Assembly: GCA_963701965.1 (NCBI GenBank)
Contig: OY969695.1
Location: 3,424,001-3,488,000, forward strand
Direction: 5' to 3'
Length of the DNA: 64,000 nucleotides
Origin: an uncultured Gemmatimonadales bacterium
GTDB lineage: Bacteria > Gemmatimonadota > Gemmatimonadetes > Gemmatimonadales > Gemmatimonadaceae
Shown here: one piece after another, positions 26,639-37,406 of the stretch
Position numbering within the stretch: position 1 is the stretch's first letter
Layout: the number at the start of each line of letters is the position of its first letter
Position numbers and translations under genes: made by a program
The notes under the pieces: generated by a model
Databases searched by the model: none
What the model saw: the letters and a program-made list of their open reading frames with translations, nothing else
What the model was told of the DNA's origin: nothing

Positions 26639-29593
26639 ACGCCGTCGCTCAGGATTCGGTCGAGCGCGTCGACCAGCTGATCGGCGTTGGCCTCGTCGAA
26701 CGGCATGGGTGGCCGGATCTTGATGACGTTGTGATACGGCCCGTCGGTCCCCAAGAGGATGCCGTCCTCGCGCATCTGATTGACGACCCGTGAGGCCTCG
26801 GCCGTCGCCGGCTCCAGCGTCGCCCGGTCGCGCACGAGTTCCATGCCGAGAAAGAGGCCGGAGCCGCGCACGTCGCCGACGAGCGGGTGCCGGTCGACGA
26901 ACGGGCGCAACCCGGCCAGCAATCGCTCCCCGACGCGATGCGCGTGCTTCCGCAGGCGTTCGTCGCGCATGACGTCGAGCACCGCCAGGCCGACGGCGCA
27001 CGACACCGTGTTGCCGCCGAACGTCGAGAAGAACTCCATCCCGTTGTCGAAGGCGTCGGCGATCGCGCGCGTGGTGACGACGGCGGCCAGCGGGTGGCCG
27101 TTGCCGAGCGGCTTGCCCATGACCACGATGTCGGGCACGACGTCGTGCGCTTGAAAGGCCCAGTCGTGGGTGCCGATGCGGCCGAGTCCCGTCTGGACTT
27201 CATCGGCGATACAGACGCCGCCCGCGGCGCGGACTTGGGAGTAGACGTCGGCCAGGTAACCACGCGGCAGCAGGAGCTGTCCGCCGACGCTCGGACACGT
27301 TTCGGCGATGAAGGCGGCGATCGCGCCGTGCGCGGCGATGATGTCGGCGACGTGGCGCGCGTATTTTGCGCCGCGATCGGGATCATCGCGCCGATAGGGT
27401 CCCCGGAAGTCATCGGGCAACGGCGCCACGTGCACCCACTCCGGTGTTCCGGTGCCGCCCGGTCCCGCGTGCTTGTACGGGCTCACGTCGATCAGCGTCG
27501 TCGTGTTGCCGTGATACGCGGCGCCCAGGACGATCATGTCGCGCCGCGCGGTGTAGGTCCGCGCCAGGCGCAACGCCAGCTCGTTCGCCTCGCTGGCCGA
27601 GTTGAGCACGTAGCACACGCCCAGCGGCGCCGGCAGCGTCGCCACCAACCGCTCGGCGTACGCCGTGAGCCCATCGTTCAGGTAGCGCGTGTTCGTGTTC
27701 AGCACGCCCATCTGGGCTTGCGCCGCCGCGACGACGCGCGGGTGGCAGTGGCCGACGTGGGGCACGTTGTTGTAGGCGTCGAGGTACCGGCGGCCCTCGT
27801 CGTCGTACAGGTACTGGCGCCACCCGCGCACGATCCGGAGCGGATCGTCATAGGCGATGCTGAGATTGTGCCCCAGAAGCCGGCGTCGCGCGGCCAGGCT
27901 CTCCGCTTTGTCGGGCTCGCGCTCGACCGACACGCCGGCCAGACGGCCTGGATCGGGCGAGAGCTGCCGCCAGACGTCGCGTTGCGCCGCGGTGCCGACG
28001 CCGGGGAAATCGCGGCCCATGCCGAGCAGGTCGATGATGATCTGCAAGTGGAGGTGCGGAGTCCAGCCGCTATTGACCGTCGGGTCGCCCAGCCACCCGA
28101 CGCGTTGCCCGGCCCTGATGACGGTCCCCGGCTCGAGTCCCTGCAGCGACTCCCGGCTCGAGATGCCCGTACAGGGTGAAGAACTCCTCACCGTCGTCTG
28201 TGCAATGTCTCAGAACGACAACGGGACCATAGTCCAGTGGCGCCGCATTGTCGGCGACGATGTGCACGACGCCGCGGAGCGGCGCGTGCACCGGCGTGCC
28301 GGCCGGGGCGAAGATGTCGAGTCCCAGGTGAATCGTCCGGCCAGCGAACGAGGGCTCTGAATAGAGCAGCCTCGCCTCGTCCCATCGGCCGATGCCGACG
28401 CGCGCGTCTGCGGCGCGCAGCGCCGCATCGATTCGAGCCGTTACCGCGGACTCGGCATTGTCCGCGGGGTCAGAGCTCACGAGCGGGCTGCCGACGCTGA
28501 GATCGAGAATAGTGTGAGACGAGACATCGAGTATCGGGGCGAACTCTTGCTGGCGGAGCCATTCGACGACCAGCGCCGACGCCGGCACCGGCGCGAAACC
28601 GGCGGCCTGCCGAAACACCGCGGTGGCCAACCCAAACGGCACACGGGCCAGCGCCGGGAGCGTGCGGCCAATGGCCGCCTGGCTCACGCCCAGATACGCG
28701 TTGTCCGGCCGCTGCCGTTGCTGCGCCGCCGCGACGCACGCGCTGGTGCACAGCCGGAGCGCCAGAAGGCCGAATAGCGCGGCGCATTCCGTCTCGGTGA
28801 TCGCCCATCGCGCCGCATAGCCGCGCACCACGTGCGCCGCGGCGGTGAGCGGATCGTCGGCGTCGAGCACGGCGTACGCGGCGCCGATCGCCAGGTCGCC
28901 GACGGTGAAGCTGTGCACCATGTCGCCAAAGTCGACGATCCCGGCGACCGCTCCCCGATCGACCAGCACGTTATAGTCGTTCAGGTCTCCATGGATCACA
29001 CTGCGCCGGAGCGCCGGGAGCAGCGGCGCGGTGTAGCGATCGAACTCCGCGATGAGCGTGTCGACCGCCGTGCCCGGCAATGTCAGCAAAGACCGGTATT
29101 CGTCGACCAGCTGCCGACCCCGCGCCAGATCCCAGTAGAAGTCCCGATGCAGCGCGGGATGGTCGAACCCAACCAATGCCCGCGTGATGCCGCCGATCTC
29201 GCTGCCGAGCGCCGTGAGCAACGCCGGCGGCCGCCGCCGCGTGCGGCCCAGCGGGACCCCGGGCCAATGCGTGACCGCCCACACCCAGTGGCGCCGCCCA
29301 TCGGCCCCCACCGTCTCGGCCAACGGCGTGCCGTCCCGCGTCGCGACGACGCGCGGCGCGATCGCCGTGGTCGTCGCCAGGTGCGTCATGGCCCGGCATT
29401 GCGCGTCCAACATCCCGGGCTCCTCGAGCGCGTTCGCGATCTTGAGCACGAGCCGTTCGCCGCCGCTCGTCTCCAGCAGGAAGTTCTGATCCCGCTCGCT
29501 GGTCAAGGGCCGCGCGGTCGCGTCCACGCCATACAGGTCGTGGGCCAGGCGCGCCGCGTCCGTGGCATTCAATCGGGGAGCATGATCGAGCAT
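26635..29593 (-). CDS. Phosphotransferase (APH/HSK-II-like) + M23 + class III aminotransferase fusion, +1 frameshift at ~28160
   Basis: Kinase IHGDLNDYN/DFGD; M23 HLGLD, YGHL, HLH; AT-III YLDAYNNVPHVGH, DEVQTGLGR, GKPLGNG. One-base removal joins YGHL to SRESLQG. Confidence 0.85.
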
Positions 29594-29620
29594 CGGCCCG
29601 AAATATGGCTAGTTTCCGGC

Positions 29621-30736
29621 GTGACGATCTATCTCAACGCCGCCGGCACCGGCCCGCTGCCGCGGCGGACGGTGGACGCATTGGCCGCGTTCAACGCCAA
29701 GCGCGCCGCGCCGTGGACGATCACGCTCGACGAGCAGTTTGGGACATTGGCCACCGCGCGGAGCCTGTGCGCGCGGCTCATCGGGGCCAGTGCCGACGAA
29801 ATCGCCCTCGTGCCGAACACGAGCACGGCGCTGCACATCGCCGCGTCGATCCTGCCACTGGCGCCGGGCCGCGTCATTCTGTCGCACGAGGCCGAGTTCC
29901 CGGCGAACATCTATCCGTGGCACGCGCGGGCCCACCGCGATCGGCGACCCTATGAGGTCGTGCCCCTCGGGCCAGACGGGTTGCCCGATCACGATGCGCT
30001 GGTGGGGCGCATCGCCACGGGGGACGTCGGCCTCGTCGCCATCTCGTGGGTCTCGTATCTCTCGGGCGACCGCGCCGACCTCGCCGCGATCGGCGCCGCG
30101 TGTCGCGCCGCCGGCGCGTGGTTCGTGGTCGACGCCATCCAGGGCGTCGGGGCTGTGCCCATCGACGTCTCGTCGCTCCCTATCGACGTCCTGGCATGCG
30201 GCGCCCAGAAATGGCTGCGCGCACCCTGGGGCACCGGTTTTTGTTACGTGCGCCGCGCGCTGGTGACCCGCCTCGATCCCGAGACCGGCGGGTGGCTCTC
30301 GGTGCAGGGGTCGCACGATCTGGGAAGCATCGGTGCCCCGCGTTTCGCGTATCTCGACGACGCCCGGCGTTTCGAGGTCGCGACCCTCGCCTACCAGGAC
30401 TTCATCGGTCTCAACTGCAGCCTCGATTGCCTGTTCGAGGCCGGCATCGATCACGTCACCGGGACGATCGCGACCCTGGCGACCCGCCTGGCCGACGGGA
30501 TCGCGGCGAACCCCGCGATCCGGTTACTGACGCCCGCGCGTCGGGCCGGCGTGATCACGGCAATGGTGGCCGATCCGACGACGAGCGACCGCTTGCGCGC
30601 GGCGGGCATCTTTGCCACGGCCCGCGAGCTCACGGTCGGCCCGCGCCGGGGACTGATCCTCCGGTTCTCGCCGCACGTTTACAATACCGTCGACGAGATC
30701 GACAAAGTCTTGACCGTTCTCGACGGCCATCGATAG
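29621..30736 (+). CDS. Class V PLP-dependent aminotransferase-fold enzyme
   Basis: IYLNAAGTGP, VDAIQ, QKWL (PLP Lys), RFSPHVYNT. GTG start at 29621. Confidence 0.85.
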   Translation: MTIYLNAAGTGPLPRRTVDALAAFNAKRAAPWTITLDEQFGTLATARSLCARLIGASADEIALVPNTSTALHIAASILPLAPGRVILSHEAEFPANIYPWHARAHRDRRPYEVVPLGPDGLPDHDALVGRIATGDVGLVAISWVSYLSGDRADLAAIGAACRAAGAWFVVDAIQGVGAVPIDVSSLPIDVLACGAQKWLRAPWGTGFCYVRRALVTRLDPETGGWLSVQGSHDLGSIGAPRFAYLDDARRFEVATLAYQDFIGLNCSLDCLFEAGIDHVTGTIATLATRLADGIAANPAIRLLTPARRAGVITAMVADPTTSDRLRAAGIFATARELTVGPRRGLILRFSPHVYNTVDEIDKVLTVLDGHR

Positions 30737-30782
30737 CCGATAGGGGTTGTCGGAATTATTTTGAAGCCGTATCTTCGGCGCC

Positions 30783-32925
30783 ATGAAATGCCGAGTAATT
30801 CTATCCCTTTTGGCGCTGCCCTTCGGCTGCCTCCTCGCGCAGGCCGATACCACCGCGCACCAGCTCCCCACGACGCACATCAGGGCCCCCCGTTCGCAGC
30901 CACTCGTCCGGCTCGGCGACGATAGCACCGGGCACCTGTATACGGGCGGCACCACCACGCTCATCCACGTCGACAGCATGCCGGCGAACAACGCGAACTC
31001 CGTGTATCGCCAAGTCCTCGGCAAGGTCCCGGGCTCCAACATCTCCGAGACCCGTGGCGGAGGGTTCCCGTCCGACGGCATTGGCTTCCGCGGCCTCGAG
31101 CCGCGCCAATCGGTCGAGGTGAACATGCGCCAGAACGGGGTGAGCCTCGCCGGTGATCTCTATGGATATCCCGAGACCTACTATAGTCCCGCCTTCGAGG
31201 GCGTCGACCATATCGAGGTCGTCCGCGGCGCGTCGGGGATCGAGTACGGCCCGCAGTTCGGCGGCATGATCAACTTCGTCATGAAGGACGGGACGCCCGA
31301 TACCCCACTGCAACTGACCCTGCGCCAGACCGGCGGCAGCTTCGGCGAATACAACGGCTTCGGATCGCTGGGCGGCGGGGCCGGCAAGTTCACGTACTAC
31401 GGCTACCTGCGCTACCAAGGCGCCGCCGGCTGGCGGCCGAACTCGAACTACGAGGAAGGCGACGGCTACGGCTCCATCACCTATCACGCCAACGCGAACC
31501 TCTCCACGTCGCTCCAGTTCACCGGCTACGGGAACCACATCCACATGCCCGGTGGCCTCGACGACGCGCAGTTCTCCGCCAACCCCGGCGCGTCGTTTCG
31601 CGCCCGCAACTGGATCGCCTCTCCCTGGGCCATCCTCCAGGACAACACGATCTGGCACGTCGCGCCGGGCGTCACGTGGACGACCATCGTGTCCGGCACG
31701 TCGAGCCAGCGCTATCTCGTCTGGCGCAACGAGGACGGCGGTCCGCAAGCGATCGACAGCATCGATCCGGCGACCGGTGAATTCGAGCCGCGGGAAGTCG
31801 AGCGCGAGCAGTTCCGGAACGGCATCGTCGACACCCGTGTGGGGGTGAAGCACTCGCTGTTCGGTCTGCCGGCCGAGCTGGCGACTGGCATCCGCTATTT
31901 CAACGGCATCATGCACCGCCAAGAGGATGGCACCGGCACAACGGGATCGAACTTCACGATGCATCTCGTCGAGCCGTACACCACGGACATGCACTTCGGG
32001 ACGCAGAACCTCGCCGGATACGTGCAGGAAGGGTTACGCCTCACGGACAAGACTGACCGTGACCCCGGGCGTGCGCGGCGAATGGCTCCAGAGCAACATC
32101 CACGGATTCACCGCAAATGACGGCGCCATCCCGTTCGACCAACGCGCCCAGACGTTCGCCATCGGCTCCCTTGGCGTCGAGTACGCCGCGAGCCCAGCGC
32201 TTACGCTCTACGGCAACATCACGCAAGCCTATCGTCCCATCACCTATGACAACCTGATCCCGTTCGGCACGGCGAACACGGCGATCATCGATCCCCATCT
32301 GCACCGTTCGACGGGCTACACGTCGGATGTCGGGGTGCGCGGGCGCGCCGGCCCGCTCACCGGCGACGTCGACGCATTCTATCTCTGGTACGGCGACCGC
32401 ATCGGTACCGTCGCCATCAACGATTCGGTTGTGGAGACGACCAACGTCGCCGATAGCCGGCACTATGGGATCGAGGCGTCGCTCGATCTCGCCATCTACG
32501 AGAAGGACAACTGGCACGTCTCCCTCTTCGACTCCTTCTCCTGGGTCGACGCCCACTACGTGAATGGCCAGTTCAAGGGCAACGTCGTCGAGTACGCCCC
32601 ACCGATCACCAACCGCGTGGGCCCGACGGTCGGATATGGACCGTTCGCGACGACCCTCACCTTCAGCTATACCGCGAAGCAATACGGCGACGCGAGCAAC
32701 GCCCTGTCCGATCCGAACGACCCGAGCGTTGGCGTCATACCGGCTTACCGGGTCTGGGATTGGGCCGGGCACCTGGATGTGGGGTCCCGCTACCAGATTC
32801 AGTTCGGAATCGACAACTTGTTGAACGCGTACTATTTCACGTTCCGCGCCATCGAATATCCCGGACCGGGCATCATTCCAGCCAACGGCCGCACTGCGTA
32901 CGCGGGAGTCGTCGCCAAATTCTGA
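30783..32925 (+). CDS. TonB-dependent receptor (FecA-like), +1 frameshift at ~32050
   Basis: Plug (GYPETYY, IEVVRG, GGMINF) in ORF 30783..32120; barrel continues as LTVTPGVRGEW...IDNL...GRTAYAGVVAKF in ORF 31927..32925. Confidence 0.85.
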
Positions 32926-33494
32926 CCTTTGACTGGCTGTTCGAGACGTGGTATCCGCGACTGGTGGCCGCCCTGCGGCCACTCGTCGGCACCGCGGACG
33001 AGGCGGAGGACGTGGCCCAGGACGCGTTCATTCGGCTGCTCGATCGGGAGGAACCTCGTAACCCGCGCGCCTGGCTCTTGACCGTCGCGCGGCGGCTGGC
33101 GTCGGACCACCGGCGCGCGGCGTTCCGCCGGCGACGCCTCGAGGTCGCGCCGGACGACGCGCCCGGCGCGCCAGCGATGGACGAGCGGTTGGTCAGAGCC
33201 GAGCAGATCGCCTCGGTCCGCGCGGTCCTCGGCACCCTGTCCGAACGCGATCAACGACTTCTGCTGTGGCACCACGACGGCCTGCCCTATCGCCGGATCG
33301 CCGAGCGACTCGGCGTGGCCCCCTCCTCGGTCGGCGCCTTGCTCACGCGGGCCCACCGGAGGTTTCTGCGAGCCTACGAACGCACTGAAACCATTGAGGA
33401 CGCGCGCGCCGGCAGTCACATTGGGTCGTGCCACGACTCGGAATCATCAGCGTCCTCGCGGTCGCCGTCCTTGCCATCGCGCCGGCGCGGCTGA
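32922..33494 (+). CDS. ECF RNA polymerase sigma factor (start uncertain, possibly CTG)
   Basis: Region 2 AEDVAQDAFIRL...RAWL and region 4 YRRIAERLGV...VGALLTRAHRRF. Confidence 0.8.
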   Translation: MTFDWLFETWYPRLVAALRPLVGTADEAEDVAQDAFIRLLDREEPRNPRAWLLTVARRLASDHRRAAFRRRRLEVAPDDAPGAPAMDERLVRAEQIASVRAVLGTLSERDQRLLLWHHDGLPYRRIAERLGVAPSSVGALLTRAHRRFLRAYERTETIEDARAGSHIGSCHDSESSASSRSPSLPSRRRG

Positions 33495-35050
33495 CGGCCC
33501 AGGGATCGGAAGACGTCCCGCTGGGCGACAATGCGTACGTCTATCTCGACGCGTTGTTGAATCGCGGCGCTCTGCGCTCGCTGTCCGCCCTCGAACGGCC
33601 GTACAACGTCGCCCAGATCGCGGCCGCGCTCACGAAGCAGATGCCGGCCAATCCCTCGCCCGTCATCAAGAGCTATGAGCGCGCGTTGCGGCGCGCGCTG
33701 GTCAAGTACAATGTGGGCGGTCTGCTCTCGGGGGCACCGCGCAAGCCCGGGTTGCACTACCAGCTCGGCGGCGACGTGTATGGCACCGCGCAGAGCACGT
33801 CGATCCGCGAGATGATGCGCGCCAACGACGTGCGCGGCATCTATGCCGGCGGCGGCATCCAAGGCGCGGTCCAAGTGGGCCCGGTGACGGCGGTCGTCCA
33901 TCCCATCTGGGACGGACGGCTCAACGCCGATCCGGAATACTCGAAGCTGACCCAATCTCGGGCCGACCCCGTGCGCCTCCAGGAGGGGTACGTCGACGCC
34001 CGCTGGAAATACGGGGAGATCTTCGTCGGGCGCGAGGGCCGGAACTCGGGCCCCTCCGACTACGACGGCCTGCTGCTCGGCAACTACGCGTACTCCTACG
34101 ACCATATCTACGGTCAAGTCGGCGTCCCGCAGATTCACTTGCAGTGGCTCGTCACGCGCCTCAACGACGAGCAGTTCGGCGACACGATCGAGCAACGCTA
34201 TTTCTCCTGGCACCGCATCGCGTCCCACATTGGCCCCGTCGAAGTCGCGGGCGAAGAATCGATCGTCTACGGTCGTCCCGGCCAGTCGTTCGTGCTCAAT
34301 TACGTGAATCCGGTCGCAATGTACTACTTCACCGAGATCAACGAAGAGCAGGGAGGCACGAACGCCAACAAAATGATCGGCATGCAAGCCGCCTGGCGTT
34401 CGCCGGTCGGCACGTTCAGCGGCGAGTTCTATCTCAATGACGTGCAGGCATTCAGCGATTGCACGCCAGCCGTCCTGTGCGAGAAGCCGTTCAGTGGGGG
34501 ATGGACCGTCACGGCCAATGGCATTCCGCTGGTCGGCGATCAGCGCCTGTTCGCGTCATACACCCGGCTCCAGAACCTCTCCTACCGGACCTTCGAGCAG
34601 AAGTGGACGGACTACACGTCGTACGACGTGAGCCTCGGCCGCGGCTACGCCGACTATGACGAGTACCGTCTGGGGCTCGATCTGGCCGCCGTTCCCGCCG
34701 TGCCGCTCAAGATCTACGCCGCCTACAGCCGGCAAGGACAGGGCGACTATCGCATCCCGTTCCCGCCGCCCGACTCATTTCCGGTGACGACCGGTTTCTT
34801 AAGCGGCGTGGTGAGCCACGTCTATCGGGGCGCGGTGTCCGGCGCCCTCTCTTTACCGTGGATCGACGTGAGCGGCGACATCGGCATCAATCACGTGAGC
34901 AACTGGCAGCACCTGCCCGGCGTCGATCACACGCATTTCGCCGGCAGCGTGAAATTCGCGCTCACCTGGCGCCGCATCTTCGGCGGCACCTTCGAGCCGC
35001 CGCCCGATGTCAGCGAGCGAGACGTGAGCGGCGCAAGGTCTGATCAATGA
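33428..35050 (+). CDS. Outer-membrane protein, possibly capsule assembly Wzi-like
   Basis: Signal peptide, N-terminal helical segment (YVYLDALLNRG...ERPY), then aromatic-rich beta strands. Confidence 0.55.
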   Translation: MPRLGIISVLAVAVLAIAPARLTAQGSEDVPLGDNAYVYLDALLNRGALRSLSALERPYNVAQIAAALTKQMPANPSPVIKSYERALRRALVKYNVGGLLSGAPRKPGLHYQLGGDVYGTAQSTSIREMMRANDVRGIYAGGGIQGAVQVGPVTAVVHPIWDGRLNADPEYSKLTQSRADPVRLQEGYVDARWKYGEIFVGREGRNSGPSDYDGLLLGNYAYSYDHIYGQVGVPQIHLQWLVTRLNDEQFGDTIEQRYFSWHRIASHIGPVEVAGEESIVYGRPGQSFVLNYVNPVAMYYFTEINEEQGGTNANKMIGMQAAWRSPVGTFSGEFYLNDVQAFSDCTPAVLCEKPFSGGWTVTANGIPLVGDQRLFASYTRLQNLSYRTFEQKWTDYTSYDVSLGRGYADYDEYRLGLDLAAVPAVPLKIYAAYSRQGQGDYRIPFPPPDSFPVTTGFLSGVVSHVYRGAVSGALSLPWIDVSGDIGINHVSNWQHLPGVDHTHFAGSVKFALTWRRIFGGTFEPPPDVSERDVSGARSDQ

Positions 35051-35696
35051 CCGATTGCCGGCGCTCGACGTCCACCGTCGACGCGTCCGGGTTGTAGGCC
35101 CGCGGATCGCGCGGCGCCGCCAACGCGGCGGGCAGGGGGGCCGACGTGCCATCATTGAACAAGTCGGCCAGGGCCTTGATCTCCTGCTCCAGGTCGACCA
35201 ACGACGCCGTCACGCCGGCGAGTTGCTGGGCGATGATGTCCTGAAACTGGAGATGGGTGTACAGGTGGTTCACCTCATCGCGCATCGCGTCGAAGCCCGC
35301 ATCCGGTGCGCCCGACCGCTGCTGCAATCCGTCGATGATCTCGAGGGTCCGATCGAGTCCGTTCAGCATCGCCAGCGTCGCCGATTCAGTCGCCTTGTTG
35401 ACCTCATCCAGCCGCGCGTGCGTCGAGGACATCCGCTCGGGCTGCGGGGCGTGCAACAGGTCCCGGGCCCGGCGAATACGGGCCAACGCTTCGCCGACCT
35501 GGGAGCGAATGCGCGGCATGAGCGACGGCAGGCTTTGGTCCGGCGACTGCTTGGTGAGCGTGCGCAGCAGGACATGGATGCGATGCGCGGCCTCGAGACT
35601 GGGCTCGGACTGACCCGACGTCACCAGTAACTGATGCAGCAGACCGAGCGTCAGCTCCAGTCCGCTCGGCGCGGCCTCCGGTGTCCCGATGGTCAT
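35010..35696 (-). CDS. cheZ: CheZ-family protein phosphatase
   Basis: LDEVNKATESAT and catalytic-type FQDIIAQQL motifs, C-terminal QSVIDQ; ATG overlaps the cheY stop. Confidence 0.72.
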   Translation of the reverse strand: MTIGTPEAAPSGLELTLGLLHQLLVTSGQSEPSLEAAHRIHVLLRTLTKQSPDQSLPSLMPRIRSQVGEALARIRRARDLLHAPQPERMSSTHARLDEVNKATESATLAMLNGLDRTLEIIDGLQQRSGAPDAGFDAMRDEVNHLYTHLQFQDIIAQQLAGVTASLVDLEQEIKALADLFNDGTSAPLPAALAAPRDPRAYNPDASTVDVERRQSVIDQTLRRSRLAR

Positions 35697-36061
35697 GGGA
35701 CGCTTGCGCACACCTCGTCGATCTTCGCCTTCAAGACTTCCGGTGTGAACGGCTTCAGGATATAGCTGTTGACGCCGGCTTCGGCGGCCTGGACAATGTC
35801 GTCCTTCACACTGCGCGTCGTCACCATGAGGATCGGCAGCTTGGCCGTCGCCGCGTTGGCGCGCAGGGCTTTGACCAGATCGAGGCCGCCCATGTTGGGC
35901 ATGTTCCAGTCCGTGATCACGAGCCCCACCGACTGGTCGCACTTGGCCAACGCTTCGCGCCCGTCACCAGCCTCGATCACGTCGGAGAACCCGACCGTCT
36001 TGAGCGCGTTGACCAGAATGCGCCGCATGGTGGCCGAGTCATCGACACACAAACATTTCAT
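35693..36061 (-). CDS. cheY: Chemotaxis response regulator CheY
   Basis: VDDSATMRRI, TDWNMPNMGG, YILKPFT; single receiver domain of 122 aa. Confidence 0.92.
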   Translation of the reverse strand: MKCLCVDDSATMRRILVNALKTVGFSDVIEAGDGREALAKCDQSVGLVITDWNMPNMGGLDLVKALRANAATAKLPILMVTTRSVKDDIVQAAEAGVNSYILKPFTPEVLKAKIDEVCASVP

Positions 36062-36372
36062 AGATCGCTGGCAACTCGATTCGCAATGGTGTCCTGTACC
36101 GAGGCCTGATCGTAGTGCCCGCTGGAGAGTCGTCCGGCGATCGTCGACAGGCGCTCGGCCGATAGCGTGCCCGAGGGCGGCCGCTCTTCGCCGACGGCCG
36201 CCTGCTCGCTCAAGCGCATCGAGTCGGCGGACAACTGCACACTGTCGCCGGGACCGCCGTCCGGCCTCGGCGTCTCGCCACTCGAACGGGCGTTCGCGTT
36301 GCCGTCGACCGACTTGGCGTCCGTCTGCTGCTGAACGCTGTTCGGGTTGACGTGCAAAGGATTAACCGGCAT
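36058..36372 (-). CDS. flgM: Anti-sigma28 factor FlgM
   Basis: 104 aa, DSVQLS, ERLSTIAGRLSSGHYD...IA; lies behind a sigma28 promoter. Confidence 0.75.
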   Translation of the reverse strand: MPVNPLHVNPNSVQQQTDAKSVDGNANARSSGETPRPDGGPGDSVQLSADSMRLSEQAAVGEERPPSGTLSAERLSTIAGRLSSGHYDQASVQDTIANRVASDL

Positions 36373-36556
36373 GGTCGGTCTCTTCGGCTTCGAGGGCTTC
36401 GCTCAGGGCGCGGGCGGCTTCCGACAGCTCCAATTGATCCTCGTCGGACTGAGGGCGCCGCGGCGCGGGACGGCGCGGTTTCCGGCCGTCCTTGCCGCCG
36501 CCGTATCCGGCTGCAGGCTGAATCCCCGTTGGCCCATCAAGTGGCGAGATTGGCAT
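36362..36556 (-). CDS. Small hypothetical protein with an FlgM-like DxxxLS motif
   Basis: GGGGAGG RBS, 64 aa, DQLELSEAARAL; first gene after a sigma28 promoter. Confidence 0.6.
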   Translation of the reverse strand: MPISPLDGPTGIQPAAGYGGGKDGRKPRRPAPRRPQSDEDQLELSEAARALSEALEAEETDHAG

Positions 36557-36576
36557 CAGTGCCTCCCCTGCGTACA

Positions 36577-36603
36577 GTATCGGCAGCGGGCGCCGGAACT
36601 TGA
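36577..36603 (-). promoter_or_regulatory. Sigma28 (FliA) promoter for orf-flgM-cheY-cheZ
   Basis: TCAA-N15-GCCGATAC. Confidence 0.75.
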
Positions 36604-36617
36604 GCCCGCGGATGCCG

Positions 36618-37013
36618 CTACGACGCCACCGCCACCGGGACCGGCGACTCGCTCAACCCCATGGCAATCTGGCGGTTAATGTCGATCAACGGCTGCAGCG
36701 CGGCGGCCGAAGGTTTCGCGAAGACCTCGAGGGTCCGGCGATTGATGAAGCGGGTCAGCAGGATCACGTTGATCCGAACCTGCTTCGGCAGCGGGCAATC
36801 GGCCTCCTCGGCCGACGCCTGAAACACGGCCCAGAGGCGCGTGTTGTATTTGAGCGCGGCATCCAACTGGGCCGCGCGATCCGGCGCATCCCAAGCGCGC
36901 ACGACGGCCTCGATTTGTCGTGCGGACCGGAACAGCAAGAAGGCTTCCAGTTCGCGCGGGGAAGTGGCGGTGCGCTGCGCGGCGCGGTATGCGTCAGAGG
37001 CAGTCGTGGGCAT
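36618..37013 (-). CDS. flaF: Flagellar biosynthesis regulator FlaF
   Basis: AY...SPRELEA, ALKYNTRLW, LPKQVRINV, LIDINRQIAMGL. Confidence 0.88.
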   Translation of the reverse strand: MPTTASDAYRAAQRTATSPRELEAFLLFRSARQIEAVVRAWDAPDRAAQLDAALKYNTRLWAVFQASAEEADCPLPKQVRINVILLTRFINRRTLEVFAKPSAAALQPLIDINRQIAMGLSESPVPVAVAS

Positions 37014-37392
37014 GGGCGAGAAGCTCGTGTTCGTAGTTGAGCAGCTCACGCGCCGTTTTGAGCGCGTGGTAGAAGCGGCCTTTGGACAAATCTTCGTTCA
37101 TTCGGGCGATGAACTTGAGCGTGCTGGGTGCGGCCTTGATGACGTCTTGCGACAGCTTGACGTAGATCTCCTGCTGTTGCGCGCGATTCCGCGGCTCGAC
37201 GTACATGAGCTGAATCGCCAGGTAGATCATCCCGCACGGGCTCGTCGCCGTCCGCGGCGTCAGGATGTCGCGCTCGCGGAGAATCGGCACCGTGTTTTCG
37301 ATGATCAACTCGGTGCGGGCGTTGCCGTTGCGGACCACGGCGCCGCCGAGGATCAGTCGTTCATTCGGTTTCAATACGAGTCGAAGCGCCAT
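36994..37392 (-). CDS. flbT: Flagellin translation regulator FlbT
   Basis: MALRLVLKPNERLILGGAVVRNG, ILRERDIL, SPCGMIYLAIQLMY, YHALKTARELLNYE. Confidence 0.9.
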   Translation of the reverse strand: MALRLVLKPNERLILGGAVVRNGNARTELIIENTVPILRERDILTPRTATSPCGMIYLAIQLMYVEPRNRAQQQEIYVKLSQDVIKAAPSTLKFIARMNEDLSKGRFYHALKTARELLNYEHELLAHAHDCL

Positions 37393-37406
37393 AGATCGTT
37401 CTCTCG

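Noticed and set aside
29621..30736. Selenocysteine lyase or cysteine desulfurase serving the Sec-FDH
   Set aside because: The C-terminal catalytic Cys loop (RxGHHCA or SSGSAC) is absent.
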